DNA from: an uncultured Lachnospiraceae bacterium
GTDB taxonomy: Bacteria > Bacillota > Clostridia > Lachnospirales > Lachnospiraceae
Reading direction: 5' to 3'
Length of the DNA stretch: 63,032 nucleotides
Assembly: GCA_964422365.1 (NCBI GenBank)
Contig: CAYRAV010000013.1
Location: forward strand, 1-63,032
The notes under the pieces were generated by a model. That model saw only the letters and a list, made by a program, of their open reading frames with translations, was not told where the DNA came from and ran no database searches. The translations under genes were made by a program, and so were the position numbers. Below, piece by piece: positions 20,378-31,765 of the stretch. Position 1 is the first letter of the stretch; every line of letters begins with the position of its first letter.

Positions 20378-21322
20378 ATGATGTATTGGTTTCTCGTTTC
20401 TGCCATTATAATAGGTGGATATTTTGCACTTCGTTACTTTTTGATAAAGCATGCACTTAGAGAAGTAAACGAGGAACTGCAGGATATATATAAAGACATG
20501 GCACAAAATCAGATTCTTCATTTGCCAATGCCTGACCGGGATTTGGAACGGCTTATGCTTTCTATGAATGCCGCTTTGGAAGAAGTGCGTAAGGAACGCC
20601 AAAGCTATGAGAAACGTGAGAAGGAATTTCAAGAACAGATAGAAAATATCAGCCATGATTTAAGGACACCTTTGACAGTCATCCTGGGTTATATAAGATT
20701 AATGAAGAAATCTAAAAGGGAAAGGGATTTAGGTCAAGATCAGATAGAGTCACTGGAGATCATAGAAAGAAAAGCAAGATCTATGGAAAAATTGGTAACA
20801 CAGTTTTATGCATATTCCCGTCTGAGGGCTCAAGATTGTCAGTTAATCATACATGAGGTGGATGTTTGCAGGATTTTAAGGGAAAGTATCATTGATAATT
20901 ATCAGATTCTGGAAAAGGCACAATTGAAAGTTGACAGCAGGCTGCCGGAGCACCCTGTAATGGTTCAGGCAGAAGCCAGTGCATTAGAGCGGATATTTTC
21001 TAATCTGTTTCAAAATGCTGGACGATATGCAGATAGCTTTCTGGATATTCAGATAAAAGAAAGCGGTGAAAAGACACTTATTACTTTAGTAAATGATACA
21101 GATAAGATTTCCGAAGAAGAAATTTCCCATTTGTTTGACCGCTTTTATGTGCAGGATGATGCCAGGAATCAAGATGGCACAGGATTGGGGCTGACAGTTG
21201 CAAGGTCTTTGGCAGAAGCTATGGATGGTACATTAACGGCTGAGATTGTAAAGGAGCAGCAAAGAAAGAATGGGGTAAAAAATGTTATAATTTGTTTTAA
21301 CTTGTCTTTAAAAAATGTTTAA
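20378..21322 (+). CDS. Sensor histidine kinase (intramembrane-sensing type)
   Basis: Short TM N-terminus. HisKA H-box ISHDLRTPLTVILGY. HATPase_c N/G boxes. Confidence 0.85.
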   Translation: MMYWFLVSAIIIGGYFALRYFLIKHALREVNEELQDIYKDMAQNQILHLPMPDRDLERLMLSMNAALEEVRKERQSYEKREKEFQEQIENISHDLRTPLTVILGYIRLMKKSKRERDLGQDQIESLEIIERKARSMEKLVTQFYAYSRLRAQDCQLIIHEVDVCRILRESIIDNYQILEKAQLKVDSRLPEHPVMVQAEASALERIFSNLFQNAGRYADSFLDIQIKESGEKTLITLVNDTDKISEEEISHLFDRFYVQDDARNQDGTGLGLTVARSLAEAMDGTLTAEIVKEQQRKNGVKNVIICFNLSLKNV

Positions 21323-21377
21323 ATGGAAAAACATTAAAATAATAAATGAAATAAATCAATGAAAAGGAGAAATTACA

Positions 21378-21782
21378 ATGAATGTGAATGAATTTAACCA
21401 AATATTCCCTTTGGGAGAAAAAAATGAAGCCTATGCAAAGTTCTTTGTCGGACAGAGTTATCTGAATATGCTGACAACAGAGAGGGTAGGCATTGCCAAT
21501 GTGACCTTTGAGCCGGGATGCCGGAATAACTGGCATATCCATCACAAGGGAGGCCAGATTCTTTTGTGCACTGCCGGACGCGGTTATTATCAGGAATGGG
21601 GAAAGCCGGCACAGGAGATGAAGCCGGGAGATGTAATCAACATACCACCTGAAGTCAAACATTGGCATGGTGCTGCCCCGGATAGCTGGTTTTCCCATCT
21701 GGCAGTTGAAGTTCCTGCAGAGGATGGTTCCAACGAATGGCTGGAGCCGGTGGATGATGAAACATATAAAACATTGAAATAA
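21378..21782 (+). CDS. Cupin domain protein
   Basis: Cupin motifs with conserved His (NWHIHHKGGQILLCTAG...PPEVKHWHGA). Confidence 0.8.
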   Translation: MNVNEFNQIFPLGEKNEAYAKFFVGQSYLNMLTTERVGIANVTFEPGCRNNWHIHHKGGQILLCTAGRGYYQEWGKPAQEMKPGDVINIPPEVKHWHGAAPDSWFSHLAVEVPAEDGSNEWLEPVDDETYKTLK

Positions 21783-21813
21783 TTCAGAATAGGAGAACAA
21801 GGAGGACAAACAA

Positions 21814-22983
21814 ATGTTAGGAAATTTTGCTTATTGTAATCCGACCAAATTATATTTTGGTGAGGATTCTTTGCAGTATTTGAATACAGAGCTGCCAAAG
21901 TATGGAAAGAATATTGTGTTAGTGTATGGTGGAGGCTCGATTAAGAAAAACGGCATCTATGATGAGGTGTTAGAAATACTTAGGTCAAATGGTAAAAATG
22001 TTGCAGAGATTTCCGGAGTTATGCCAAACCCTACCCTTGAAAAATTATATGAGGGTGTAGAGATTGCAAGAAATCATAAAGTGGATTTGCTTTTAGCGGT
22101 GGGTGGAGGTTCTGTCTGTGATTATGCAAAAGCAGTGTCTGTATCAGTTTATTGTGATGAGGATCCATGGGAAAAATATTATCTGAAATTTGAGGAACCA
22201 GACTGTGAAATCATTCCAGTGGGCTGTGTGCTTACCATGGTTGGAACTGGTTCAGAGATGAATGCAGGAGCTGTGATTACCAATCATGAGAGCAGGATGA
22301 AGATTGGCCATGTGTTTGCGGATGAGAACATTATGCCAAAGTTTTCTATCTTGAATCCGAAGTATACACTGACACTTCCTCATTATCAGATGATTTCAGG
22401 AATCTATGATATTTTCAATCATATTTGTGAACAGTACTTCTCTGGAGAGGACGATAATACAAGTGATTATATCAGCGAGGGACTGATGAAGTCTTTGATT
22501 TATTCCAGTAGGATTGCTAATAAAAATGACCAGGATTATGAGGCGAGAAGCAACATTATGTGGACTGCCACTTGGGCACTCAATACCCTTGTGGCAAAGG
22601 GAAAATCCACGGACTGGATGGTTCATATGCTTGGCCAGGCGGTAGGTGCCCATACAGATGCGACGCATGGCATGACACTGTCTGCGGTTTCCCTGCCGTA
22701 CTACCGATATATTATGCCTTATGGACTGGCAAAATTTAAGAGATTTGCAGTGAATGTCTGGGAAGTGGATGCAAATGGCAAGACCGATGAGCAGGCTGCA
22801 TTGGAAGGACTCGCAGCTATGGAAAGCTGGATGAAGGAACTTGGACTTGTAATGAATTTGACAGAGCTTGGAGCAACGGTGGACATGATAGAAGACATTG
22901 CTGATTCTACGATTGTTCTGGATGGAGGCTATAAGGTATTAGAGCGGGAGGAAATTACAGCTATTTTGAGAGAGAGTTTATAA
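21814..22983 (+). CDS. Iron-containing (group III) alcohol dehydrogenase
   Basis: Fe-ADH signatures (GGGSxxD, NAD-binding GGGS, metal-binding His). Confidence 0.9.
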   Translation: MLGNFAYCNPTKLYFGEDSLQYLNTELPKYGKNIVLVYGGGSIKKNGIYDEVLEILRSNGKNVAEISGVMPNPTLEKLYEGVEIARNHKVDLLLAVGGGSVCDYAKAVSVSVYCDEDPWEKYYLKFEEPDCEIIPVGCVLTMVGTGSEMNAGAVITNHESRMKIGHVFADENIMPKFSILNPKYTLTLPHYQMISGIYDIFNHICEQYFSGEDDNTSDYISEGLMKSLIYSSRIANKNDQDYEARSNIMWTATWALNTLVAKGKSTDWMVHMLGQAVGAHTDATHGMTLSAVSLPYYRYIMPYGLAKFKRFAVNVWEVDANGKTDEQAALEGLAAMESWMKELGLVMNLTELGATVDMIEDIADSTIVLDGGYKVLEREEITAILRESL

Positions 22984-23129
22984 TTTTGTCAAAAATTACA
23001 CTATTTTATAGCCAAAGTAATAAATATATATTATTAAGGGGCAATTTCTTTTGTGGGGATTGCTTCTTACTATGTTTATTCCCACAGAGGATTGATTTAG
23101 AGAAAAACTGTAATGATTTTATGATGTAT

Positions 23130-23292
23130 TAGAGCGTGTTTGAAAATTTGCTGCCACAGTCTGCCAGTTTCATTTTGTGGTATATTAGCCTCCAATTTAA
23201 TCAATACAGTCCGCTGTACCTCATAAATTTGCGATAAATTCCTGCAAATTGTGACATATATCTTTCGGAAGGCAATTTTCAAACACACTCTG
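23130..23292 (+). mobile_element. MITE copy
   Basis: TAGAGCGTGTTTGAAAATT...GGCAATTTTCAAACACACTC. Confidence 0.8.
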
Positions 23293-23334
23293 GCAGGAAT
23301 AAAATTTACAAAGGCAGAAAAATTTAGAAGGGAG

Positions 23335-24447
23335 ATGAAAGTTGTGGTTTCAAAAAAATTATTACAATTTTTAGGTTCTGGAACTGATTTTGCAGACTTA
23401 GGAAATGAAGAGTTTGTAATTAAAAACGAAATATATGGAAAAGAGATAGGGAAAGCAATTCATAATGGTGATATGCTTAACTTTTCATGTGAGTTAAGTA
23501 ATAACTTGGAAAACATGGATTTGTACAAGGCATGTGTAGTTTCTAATTTTATTGGTTTTGTGTGCGAAAAAACAGGAGATACATGTGCTGGTAAAAATCT
23601 AATAGTGTTGTTGGTAAAAGCATGCAGGCTGGTAGAAAAGTTCTTTAGTTATTTTACCAAAGAAGACGGAGAAGTAGATATGCCTGAAAATGCCAATTTT
23701 GAAGAGATTTTTAAAGAAAATAGAGAGTGTGTATGTGCGTACTATGGGTTTAATACACTGTGTGTATCAGCTATGGCATTTCTTGCCAGGGATAATGAAT
23801 GTCGGGAATATCTGAGAACGTTCGATATAGCCGAAACACTTTCTTTTCTTACTGAAGAAACACCTGTAACGGAATATATGAAGTCAGTATACTATGTAAA
23901 TAGAATTTATGTTACATGCAGCCGGCTTCCTTTGCTGGTGCTTGATACAGAGAAAAGGCAAGGTTTTATAGCAGAAGCAAATGATTTGGATAATTGTTTT
24001 CATATGATTTTTCTATTAGAAGAAGAATTGTATAAAAATTATGGCAGGGAATGTAGTATGCAAAATTACCAGAGTGATGAGGATTTATCTGCAGCAGCAC
24101 ATGGAGAATATCCTAAATGTGGTAATCAATCATATACCACATTTTTTACAGAATTTAATTATGGAGTATATATCTGGGAGCAGCAAAATAAACACAAGGA
24201 TGATGTTAATTTTAATGATAAGTTAAGTTTTCTGATATGGGGTGAGATGTCTCCTATTCATATTCCTAAGTTAGGGGAGTATCATGTAGTTATGCTTCAA
24301 AGGGGTGGACCGTCAAGAAGTTTTTCAGCAGGATTTTTATTTGTAGGTCACACTGCATTAAAACCATATGTGAAGATTGAGCGAAGTTTAAGTAAGCAGG
24401 AGTATGACGAGTGGGAAAGGAAATTGGATTCGCTGCAAGAGGAATAA
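23335..24447 (+). CDS. Hypothetical Cys-rich protein (about 371 aa)
   Basis: ORF with RBS AGAAGGGAG. Start moved out of the MITE to the ATG at 23335. Confidence 0.55.
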   Translation: MKVVVSKKLLQFLGSGTDFADLGNEEFVIKNEIYGKEIGKAIHNGDMLNFSCELSNNLENMDLYKACVVSNFIGFVCEKTGDTCAGKNLIVLLVKACRLVEKFFSYFTKEDGEVDMPENANFEEIFKENRECVCAYYGFNTLCVSAMAFLARDNECREYLRTFDIAETLSFLTEETPVTEYMKSVYYVNRIYVTCSRLPLLVLDTEKRQGFIAEANDLDNCFHMIFLLEEELYKNYGRECSMQNYQSDEDLSAAAHGEYPKCGNQSYTTFFTEFNYGVYIWEQQNKHKDDVNFNDKLSFLIWGEMSPIHIPKLGEYHVVMLQRGGPSRSFSAGFLFVGHTALKPYVKIERSLSKQEYDEWERKLDSLQEE

Positions 24448-24960
24448 ACTGATATATGTATTGTATTTAAAGAAACGAATGGAAGGAGTTGTTGTATTTA
24501 ATTTTAATGTAACAGCTTCTTTTTGGAGTGTAATAGAGAAAATTTTGTGGTGGAAAAAGAGAGATGATATAATTTAATTATAGAGAAAGGAAAACAAAGA
24601 CAATGCAGCAATTTGACTTATATTTTAGACAGCCGAGGTGTTCAAAAAGCACCATTTTGGAAATGTGCAGCATTTGGATTGGCATGTATTTTACAGGAAT
24701 ATGAAGTATATGAAAAACTGGCTTGTGAGAGAAGTTTTGACATGTCTAAATTTTTGAAGAAGACAATGGAAAGATTTTGGAGAACAGTTTCTACAGGTTA
24801 TTCCATAGAGGAGAAATACATACTTGCCATAGAGGAGAGTTTTTTTAAACCGCAAAATGTCTGGTAAGAGTGTACAAAAGAGGGATAGAGCCATTTTACT
24901 AGAAACAGTAAATGCAGTTTATCTTGAGGATTAGAGATTCTATTGATGAAATAAAAAGGA

Positions 24961-25674
24961 ATGAAAAGAGGGATGATTATGATAATTTTTTGGATAGTAG
25001 CAATTTTGTTTAGTATCATTGTTTTATTCTGGATATGCAGAAAGGCTTTTTTCTTAACTGATAGAAATGTGAATAAAACAGATAAAGAAGATATTGAAAT
25101 AAATAACGGTTTGATAAATAAAGAGGATAGGATCACTATTACAGAAGATGATTTTGAACGGATGAAGGTTCCGGATAAAATTGTAATAGATGATACAGTA
25201 ATTGAGAAAGTGGATATTAATTTTGAAACAATACAGAAACTACAACAGCATTTATATGTTGGAGATTATGAGCGTATTGAGATTACAAATTTTGGTTATA
25301 TGGTACATAAAAAGAAAAAATATCTGTCACATGAGAATTCTTTAGTATTTCAGTGTGAAGACGGAAAAGTGCTTATGCGTTATTTTGATGGGGAGAAACT
25401 GAATGTGAATACCTTTTTTGCAAACAGAAACAATGCAGGAAGTATGCCAAGCGAACAGATACCAATAGTAACATTTAGAGGAAGGGAAGAGTCGGAACAA
25501 TATATACTATATGACAGAAGGAAGTTAGTAAGTATTTTTCTGGAATTATTGTATACAGGAAATATAGTGTATGAAATAGATGTAAATACAATGGATAGCG
25601 GGTATTTTAGTACACGGTATTTTTCAAATAAGAATGCTTATTTGAAGATGAAAAATGAAGTCGGAGAATTTTAA
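24961..25674 (+). CDS. Hypothetical membrane-anchored protein
   Basis: N-terminal TM helix (IIFWIVAILFSIIVLFWI). Confidence 0.5.
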   Translation: MKRGMIMIIFWIVAILFSIIVLFWICRKAFFLTDRNVNKTDKEDIEINNGLINKEDRITITEDDFERMKVPDKIVIDDTVIEKVDINFETIQKLQQHLYVGDYERIEITNFGYMVHKKKKYLSHENSLVFQCEDGKVLMRYFDGEKLNVNTFFANRNNAGSMPSEQIPIVTFRGREESEQYILYDRRKLVSIFLELLYTGNIVYEIDVNTMDSGYFSTRYFSNKNAYLKMKNEVGEF

Positions 25675-25943
25675 CTGTAACAATAATTTAGTAGGTAATT
25701 GCAAAACTCCAGGTAACCTTAATTTTATTTGTATAAATATTTACAAAGTAAATAGAGTTTCCCAATTGCCTAAATAAATTAGAATAAAAAGGATGGGAAA
25801 CGACCAAAGGCAAATCAGCTTATGACAGAGTTGTTGACAGATGAATTTGCCGCCCAAAACCAACTTTAGTAAATTGTGAAGAGTAAGTTAGTTGTGAATG
25901 GTTATAATAATTACAAAAATATTAGAAAAGGAGAAGATTTATT

Positions 25944-26498
25944 ATGAAAAAATTTAAATTTTTGCCGTTGTTGGTTGCTGTATTATCTATATTTGCTCTT
26001 GCAGGCTGCAATAGTGGACATGGCAGTAGAGAAGCAGAACTGGAGGAAAAGATTGAAAAATTGGAGAAACAAATTGCTAATCTTGAGGAAAAGGCAGTAA
26101 CTCCTTCTGCTGGTAGTTCTAATGATGCAAGTTCTGCTGAACAAACAGCCGATGTAAATACAGCCGATGTAAATACAACTGTGCCAGATACTGGCACGAG
26201 TACTGATACTGTTGAAGCTCTTAGCAAAGATGTGGAGGAAATAACAGCAAAGATTGATTCTGCTGTACCATCCCAAAAAGAAGAGGAAAAGAAACAGGAA
26301 TTTTTCGAACTTAAAAGAGAGTTGGATTCAGTGGAAGAACGTGTTGATGCTTATGATGATTACATTGAATCCCAAAAAGAGAACGACAATCTGTCCTATG
26401 AAGACTATAAAAATCAAGAACAGTTACTAGAGAAACTAGAAGATAAGTTAGATAGATCAGAGGATATATTAGAGAGAACCTTTGAAATTTATGATTGA
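25944..26498 (+). CDS. Lipoprotein (coiled-coil, acidic)
   Basis: Signal peptide with lipobox LAGC. Contains a 15-bp tandem duplication at 26146-26175. Confidence 0.7.
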   Translation: MKKFKFLPLLVAVLSIFALAGCNSGHGSREAELEEKIEKLEKQIANLEEKAVTPSAGSSNDASSAEQTADVNTADVNTTVPDTGTSTDTVEALSKDVEEITAKIDSAVPSQKEEEKKQEFFELKRELDSVEERVDAYDDYIESQKENDNLSYEDYKNQEQLLEKLEDKLDRSEDILERTFEIYD

Positions 26499-26702
26499 TA
26501 AAACTGTAACATATATTGTAGCAGAACTGAATAGTAACAGGCTGTAATATAAATATAAAACAAGCCGATATATAATATGGACTGTTGTCATAAAAAATAT
26601 TATGGTGGCAAATAGTGTGGAAAGCCTGCTTTCTAAACAAATCGGGATGCTTGTAACAGCAAATGAAAGGAATTGTCGCAATATTCAGGGAGGCACAATT
26701 TT

Positions 26703-29600
26703 ATGACAGAAAGAAGAGAAGAATCAAAAAACGAAGTAGAAAGAGAATCGGATCATGAAATAAAAAAAGAAACCAAAAAGAGAGCAAAAAAACAACCTAA
26801 AAAAAAGAAAGGATTTTTTAGTATAGTATGGAAAATTTTTAGGGGAATATTCCGCTTTATAAGAAGAATTTTTCATATTCTATGTTTTTGTCTGCTTTTG
26901 CTGGTTATAGCCGGAGTTATATTATTTTCAAAAGTGAAACCTATATATGATGAGGTATGTTCAGAAGCATATGACAAGCTGGCACAAGTCAAAGACACAG
27001 ATTTTAGGATGTTGTCAAATACTGTAATTTATGATAAGAATAATAAAAAGATAGGTGAAATTAAAGTCGGGAATTATATTTATGATGACATATCAGATAT
27101 ATCCTTATATATTCAGAATGGGTATATTGCATCAGAAGATAAACGTTTTAAAACCCATTGTGGGATTGATATACAAGCACTTGCAAGAGCTGGGATTTCA
27201 TTAGTGAAAAACAAAGGGAAGATTACCCAGGGAGGAAGTACAATTACACAGCAGGTCGTAAAAAATTGTATGTTGACACAAGAAAGAACGTTTTCCCGAA
27301 AATTTGTGGAAATAGCAATTGCACCACAGATTGAAAAGAAATATAGCAAAACGAAAATTATGGAATATTATTGTAATACAAACTATTATGGTAATTCTCG
27401 TTATGGAGTTGAGTCTGCTTGCAGGTACTATTTCGGGAAAAAGGCAAAAGATGTAACAATTGCTGAAGCTGCAATGTTATGTGGAATAAGCAACAGTCCT
27501 AATAAGTACAATCCTGTAGTGGATATGGAATTGGCAACGCAGAAAAAAGAACAGGTTTTACAGCAAATGCATGAACAGGAATACATTACAGAGCAGGAAT
27601 ATCAAGAAGCATTGAAACAGAAGATAAAGATAGTACAAAATTCAGATGATGGTTTGAAAAATGAAAATTATCTTGTAAGTTATGCAATATCCTGTGCAGC
27701 ACAGGAGTTAATGAAAGAAGATGGTTTTCAGTTTCAATATGTTTTTGACACATATGAGGAAGAACAAAAATATTTGAAAAAATACAGCAAAAGTTACAAT
27801 GAAAAATGCAGTCTTATACGTGGAGGGGGATATTGCATATATACTTCATTTGATACATCTGTACAGAAGAAACTGCAGAAATCTGTTTCAGAATGTCTTA
27901 AGGTATATACAGAGAAAGATAAGAAAACAAAGAAATATAAATTACAGGGTGCATCAGTCTGCATCGATAATAAGACAGGCTATATCATTGCGATTGTGGG
28001 TGGAAGGAACAAAAATGATGAATTTAATAGAGCTTTTTTAAGTAAGAGACAGCCGGGTTCTACAATAAAACCGCTTCTCGATTATGGGCCGGCAGTTGAT
28101 ATAGGTGCCGTAAATCCATCTTCTATTGTATCGGATTCTAAAATTGAAGGTTCTTATTCTCCTACAAACTATGGCGGGGGATATAGAGGCGATGTTTTTG
28201 TTAGAGAAGCACTTGCAAGATCTCTTAATACAGTTGCATACCGCCTGTTCAAAATGACAGGCAACAAGAAGGCATTAGCTTATCTTGGAGCAATGCATTT
28301 TTCATCATTGTCATCTGTGGATTCTGACATTGATGCTGTGGCATTAGGCGGGTTTACAAATGGTGTTAAGGTAGTCGATATGGCAAAAGGATATTATACC
28401 ATTGAAAATGATGGAAAATATTCTGAGAGAACCTGTATACGAAAGATTGATTTTCAAGATAAAGGAACTGTATATAAGGATCAGGAATTTGAGGAAACAT
28501 TGCAGGAAGTTTATTCTGAGGATACAGCATTTATGCTTCGTGATATGATGCAGGGAGCATTTGAAGAACCATATGGAACTGCACATGGGAAAAATACAGA
28601 GAGTCAGATTTATGCGGGAAAGACCGGAACGACTAATGAATACAAAGATGCATGGTTTTGTGGATTTAGTGCTTATTATACTACAGCAGTATGGGTGGGA
28701 TGTGATACACCAGAAACTATGCAGGGAATGACCGGAAGTTCGAAGCCTTTAGAAATTTGGTATGACTTTATGGAAAAGATGCATGAAAAAAAGAAAAAGA
28801 AGGATTTCAATATTCCGGATACCATAGCTTTATGTAAAGTGAAAAAAGGTGTATATTCTAATACAAATAAGTTAAAACAGCTAGATAAAAATGAAAGAGC
28901 GTATACACAGAGAAGTTCAGGATATGAATATTATTCTAAAACACTATATATGGCAGAAAAGGAATACAATAAGGAAACAAAGTTAAAAGAAAAGATAAAT
29001 AAGGCAGAAACTGCTGTTGCTGCATTTATGGGTTATACAATTCTCACTGCGGAGAATGCTATTAATCTTGAGGATAATTATCAAACAGTCATTGATCTGA
29101 TAGATGCAGTAGGTGACAGCTATAGTACAGCAGAACTTTCACAAAAGGTAAAAAAACGTTATGACAAGCTGTCTGCAATCGTAGAGGAGAGTTGGAAAGA
29201 TGCGATTTCTGAATACTATAAAGATCAGGCAGAAAAAGAAACGAAACAGTCACAGATAGATGCAGATAATGGCAAGACAGCAGCATTAGAATATCTAAAG
29301 GCAAATAGAATAAATAAAGTGAATTGGTATATTACAGCACTAAATAATAGAAATTACTATAATGAAGTGTCAAAGGTACTGATAGAAGATGGAAAACATG
29401 CACTAGAAAGATGTTATGGATATGCAGAATATGATTCCCTGAAAACCAGTTTGGAATCTGCAGTGAAAAGAGTACAAAAGCTTCCAGAAGCACCAGAAAC
29501 AAATCAGATACCAAAAACAGAGGAAGATGATGACGATTCTTACCAGAATTCCTATGATACGGATGAAAATGGTAATGCATCAGATCATGATGTAGGGTAG
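26703..29600 (+). CDS. Class A penicillin-binding protein (PBP1A-type) with an approximately 250-aa C-terminal extension
   Basis: GT51 motifs (EDKRF, GGSTITQQ) and transpeptidase motifs (STIKP, SxN, KTG). Start moved to the ATG at 26703, which follows AGGGAGG. Confidence 0.9.
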   Translation: MTERREESKNEVERESDHEIKKETKKRAKKQPKKKKGFFSIVWKIFRGIFRFIRRIFHILCFCLLLLVIAGVILFSKVKPIYDEVCSEAYDKLAQVKDTDFRMLSNTVIYDKNNKKIGEIKVGNYIYDDISDISLYIQNGYIASEDKRFKTHCGIDIQALARAGISLVKNKGKITQGGSTITQQVVKNCMLTQERTFSRKFVEIAIAPQIEKKYSKTKIMEYYCNTNYYGNSRYGVESACRYYFGKKAKDVTIAEAAMLCGISNSPNKYNPVVDMELATQKKEQVLQQMHEQEYITEQEYQEALKQKIKIVQNSDDGLKNENYLVSYAISCAAQELMKEDGFQFQYVFDTYEEEQKYLKKYSKSYNEKCSLIRGGGYCIYTSFDTSVQKKLQKSVSECLKVYTEKDKKTKKYKLQGASVCIDNKTGYIIAIVGGRNKNDEFNRAFLSKRQPGSTIKPLLDYGPAVDIGAVNPSSIVSDSKIEGSYSPTNYGGGYRGDVFVREALARSLNTVAYRLFKMTGNKKALAYLGAMHFSSLSSVDSDIDAVALGGFTNGVKVVDMAKGYYTIENDGKYSERTCIRKIDFQDKGTVYKDQEFEETLQEVYSEDTAFMLRDMMQGAFEEPYGTAHGKNTESQIYAGKTGTTNEYKDAWFCGFSAYYTTAVWVGCDTPETMQGMTGSSKPLEIWYDFMEKMHEKKKKKDFNIPDTIALCKVKKGVYSNTNKLKQLDKNERAYTQRSSGYEYYSKTLYMAEKEYNKETKLKEKINKAETAVAAFMGYTILTAENAINLEDNYQTVIDLIDAVGDSYSTAELSQKVKKRYDKLSAIVEESWKDAISEYYKDQAEKETKQSQIDADNGKTAALEYLKANRINKVNWYITALNNRNYYNEVSKVLIEDGKHALERCYGYAEYDSLKTSLESAVKRVQKLPEAPETNQIPKTEEDDDDSYQNSYDTDENGNASDHDVG

Positions 29601-29838
29601 ATAATATTTTAAGAAAAAAATTGTAAAGAACACAAACAAAATAGCCAACTGATGCAGATATTTTTCATAAGTAGGTATATTTTGGTGTTTGGCGAGTATG
29701 TATCTTTTAAACAGTATGTGCATGAATAATAGCGTATCACTGTATCAATGGCAGATTGCCAAGGTGTCTGAAAAATGTTTTTAAAAGATGTGCGAAAAGA
29801 CATTATATTAGTAAAATATAGAAGTGAGGTATTCTATC

Positions 29839-31554
29839 ATGAGAGATAGATGGAATTCATTAATAACAGAAGGTTTAAAAATAATGTGGGTATCTTTTGC
29901 CTTTCTGAGTATTGTGATTTGGCTGCCACAAACGGACCGTTTGATTAGTAAGGACTATTCACTAGTGTCAAAACATATTACTCTTGATGAAAACTGGGAT
30001 ATTATGATTAACAATTCTGCTTATCACAATGTTTCATTAAATGATTTTTGTTTTGGAATATTGAATAAAGGTGATACGGTTTGCATGCAGAGAGTGCTGC
30101 CTGAGGATTGGGATATAACAGAGGGAGCATTGCGTTTTGGTATAAGGCAGACTGCTGTCAAAATGTATATTGATGATAAAATGATATATGAATATGGTTA
30201 TGACAGGCTATATCATAATAAAACAATTGGTTCAGGTCTTCAGTTCATTAACTTTCTTGATGAATATAAAGGAAAGACATTAAAGATTGAATTATCTTTG
30301 TCAGAAAATCGAGCTTTTACCAAGCTTGATTCTATTAGAATTTATGAATGGGAAAATGCATACAGGTCGTTGTTGACAGAAAATAGAATTCCTATGTTTC
30401 TAGGAAGCTTTTTAGTTATTTTTGGGCTTTCAACTATCATGATCACTATGTTTGCAATAGCATTTTCTCGAAAATTTGTGAGATTGTTTTGTATTTCAGC
30501 GTTTTCCGTATGTGTGGGATTGTGGACATTATGCTATCATAATGTTATTTTAGCCTATTCGATTCCGCTATATTCAAAATCACTGATTGAATATATGACT
30601 CTTTATCTGGCACCAGTACCACTTATCGTTTACATGCATGAAAATGTAAAGAATCTGAAAAGTAAGATTTTAAGAGTACTATATTGGGTACTTTTTGCAG
30701 TTCAGTTGATATTTGATATGATAATATTATCATTACATACAATGGATATTGTTCATTGTGCAGCGGCACTAAAATATATGCACATGATCATTATCTGTCA
30801 TTTAATATATTTTATGGTAGTGCTGGTCATAAACTTAAAATTCAGTCAATTAACTAACCGTCTTTATTTAATTGGGATGTTAATTGTTGCAGTCTGCATT
30901 GGATATGAGCTGGCTGCTTATCGTGGTAATAGGTATTTTGGCAATTCATTACTGGCATTAAAAGGAGTTTCTTCAATTGGTGTGATGATATTTATTTTTA
31001 TTCTGATTATCACATTTTATATTAATCTGACAGAGAAGATGATGCAGGAAGCGGAACGGAATTCGTTGATAAAAAGTGCATATACAGATGAATTGACGCA
31101 GTTATACAATCGCCGTTACTGTTCAGAATATATGAAAAAATTAAACAAAGAGAAGCATTCAAATTATACTGTTATTTGTTTTGACTTGAATAATTTAAAG
31201 ATAATAAATGATACATATGGACATGCTAAAGGAGATATTTTAATTAAGAGTGCTGCTAAGGTAATCTCAAAATCATTTGAAAAACAAGGTATTGTTGGAA
31301 GAATGGGAGGAGATGAATTTATTGCTATTTTAAAAACTTCGCATAAGAAAGAAATAGATCTCTTAATAACACAGTTTCTACACAATATAGTTAAAATGAA
31401 CAAGGAAGTGACTGAGTTGAATATATCGATTGCCTATGGCTATGCTGTAAGTAACGAAATAAATGAGAATAATATAGAAAAAATATACCAAATAGCGGAT
31501 GATCGCATGTATGAAAATAAGAAACAATTTAAAGCACAAAGAAATAATCAATAA
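29839..31554 (+). CDS. Membrane sensor diguanylate cyclase (GGDEF)
   Basis: Multi-TM N-terminus. C-terminal GGDEF domain with RMGGDEF. Confidence 0.85.
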   Translation: MRDRWNSLITEGLKIMWVSFAFLSIVIWLPQTDRLISKDYSLVSKHITLDENWDIMINNSAYHNVSLNDFCFGILNKGDTVCMQRVLPEDWDITEGALRFGIRQTAVKMYIDDKMIYEYGYDRLYHNKTIGSGLQFINFLDEYKGKTLKIELSLSENRAFTKLDSIRIYEWENAYRSLLTENRIPMFLGSFLVIFGLSTIMITMFAIAFSRKFVRLFCISAFSVCVGLWTLCYHNVILAYSIPLYSKSLIEYMTLYLAPVPLIVYMHENVKNLKSKILRVLYWVLFAVQLIFDMIILSLHTMDIVHCAAALKYMHMIIICHLIYFMVVLVINLKFSQLTNRLYLIGMLIVAVCIGYELAAYRGNRYFGNSLLALKGVSSIGVMIFIFILIITFYINLTEKMMQEAERNSLIKSAYTDELTQLYNRRYCSEYMKKLNKEKHSNYTVICFDLNNLKIINDTYGHAKGDILIKSAAKVISKSFEKQGIVGRMGGDEFIAILKTSHKKEIDLLITQFLHNIVKMNKEVTELNISIAYGYAVSNEINENNIEKIYQIADDRMYENKKQFKAQRNNQ

Positions 31555-31765
31555 ACAATGTGGTTGATACACATTTGATAAAAATATAAGAAAAAGCACC
31601 TACGGTTTTGATATGCCCCTTGTCAGGTAGACAAGATAAATAGCACTTCTGTAGATGCTTTTTTCTTATGAGCGGTTATGAAAATTTTTTACCCCATTTA
31701 AGGATTATTTAACATTTTCTCTGTTATTCTAAAAACACAAAATGGAAAGGAGAAAAAGAGATATG

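Noticed and set aside
21297-21898. Minus-strand ORFs overlapping the cupin gene
   Set aside because: Antisense to well-supported plus-strand cupin and ADH genes.
23251-23334. 5' extension of the 23335 ORF in the six-frame track
   Set aside because: The extension is MITE sequence. An RBS-supported ATG lies at 23335.
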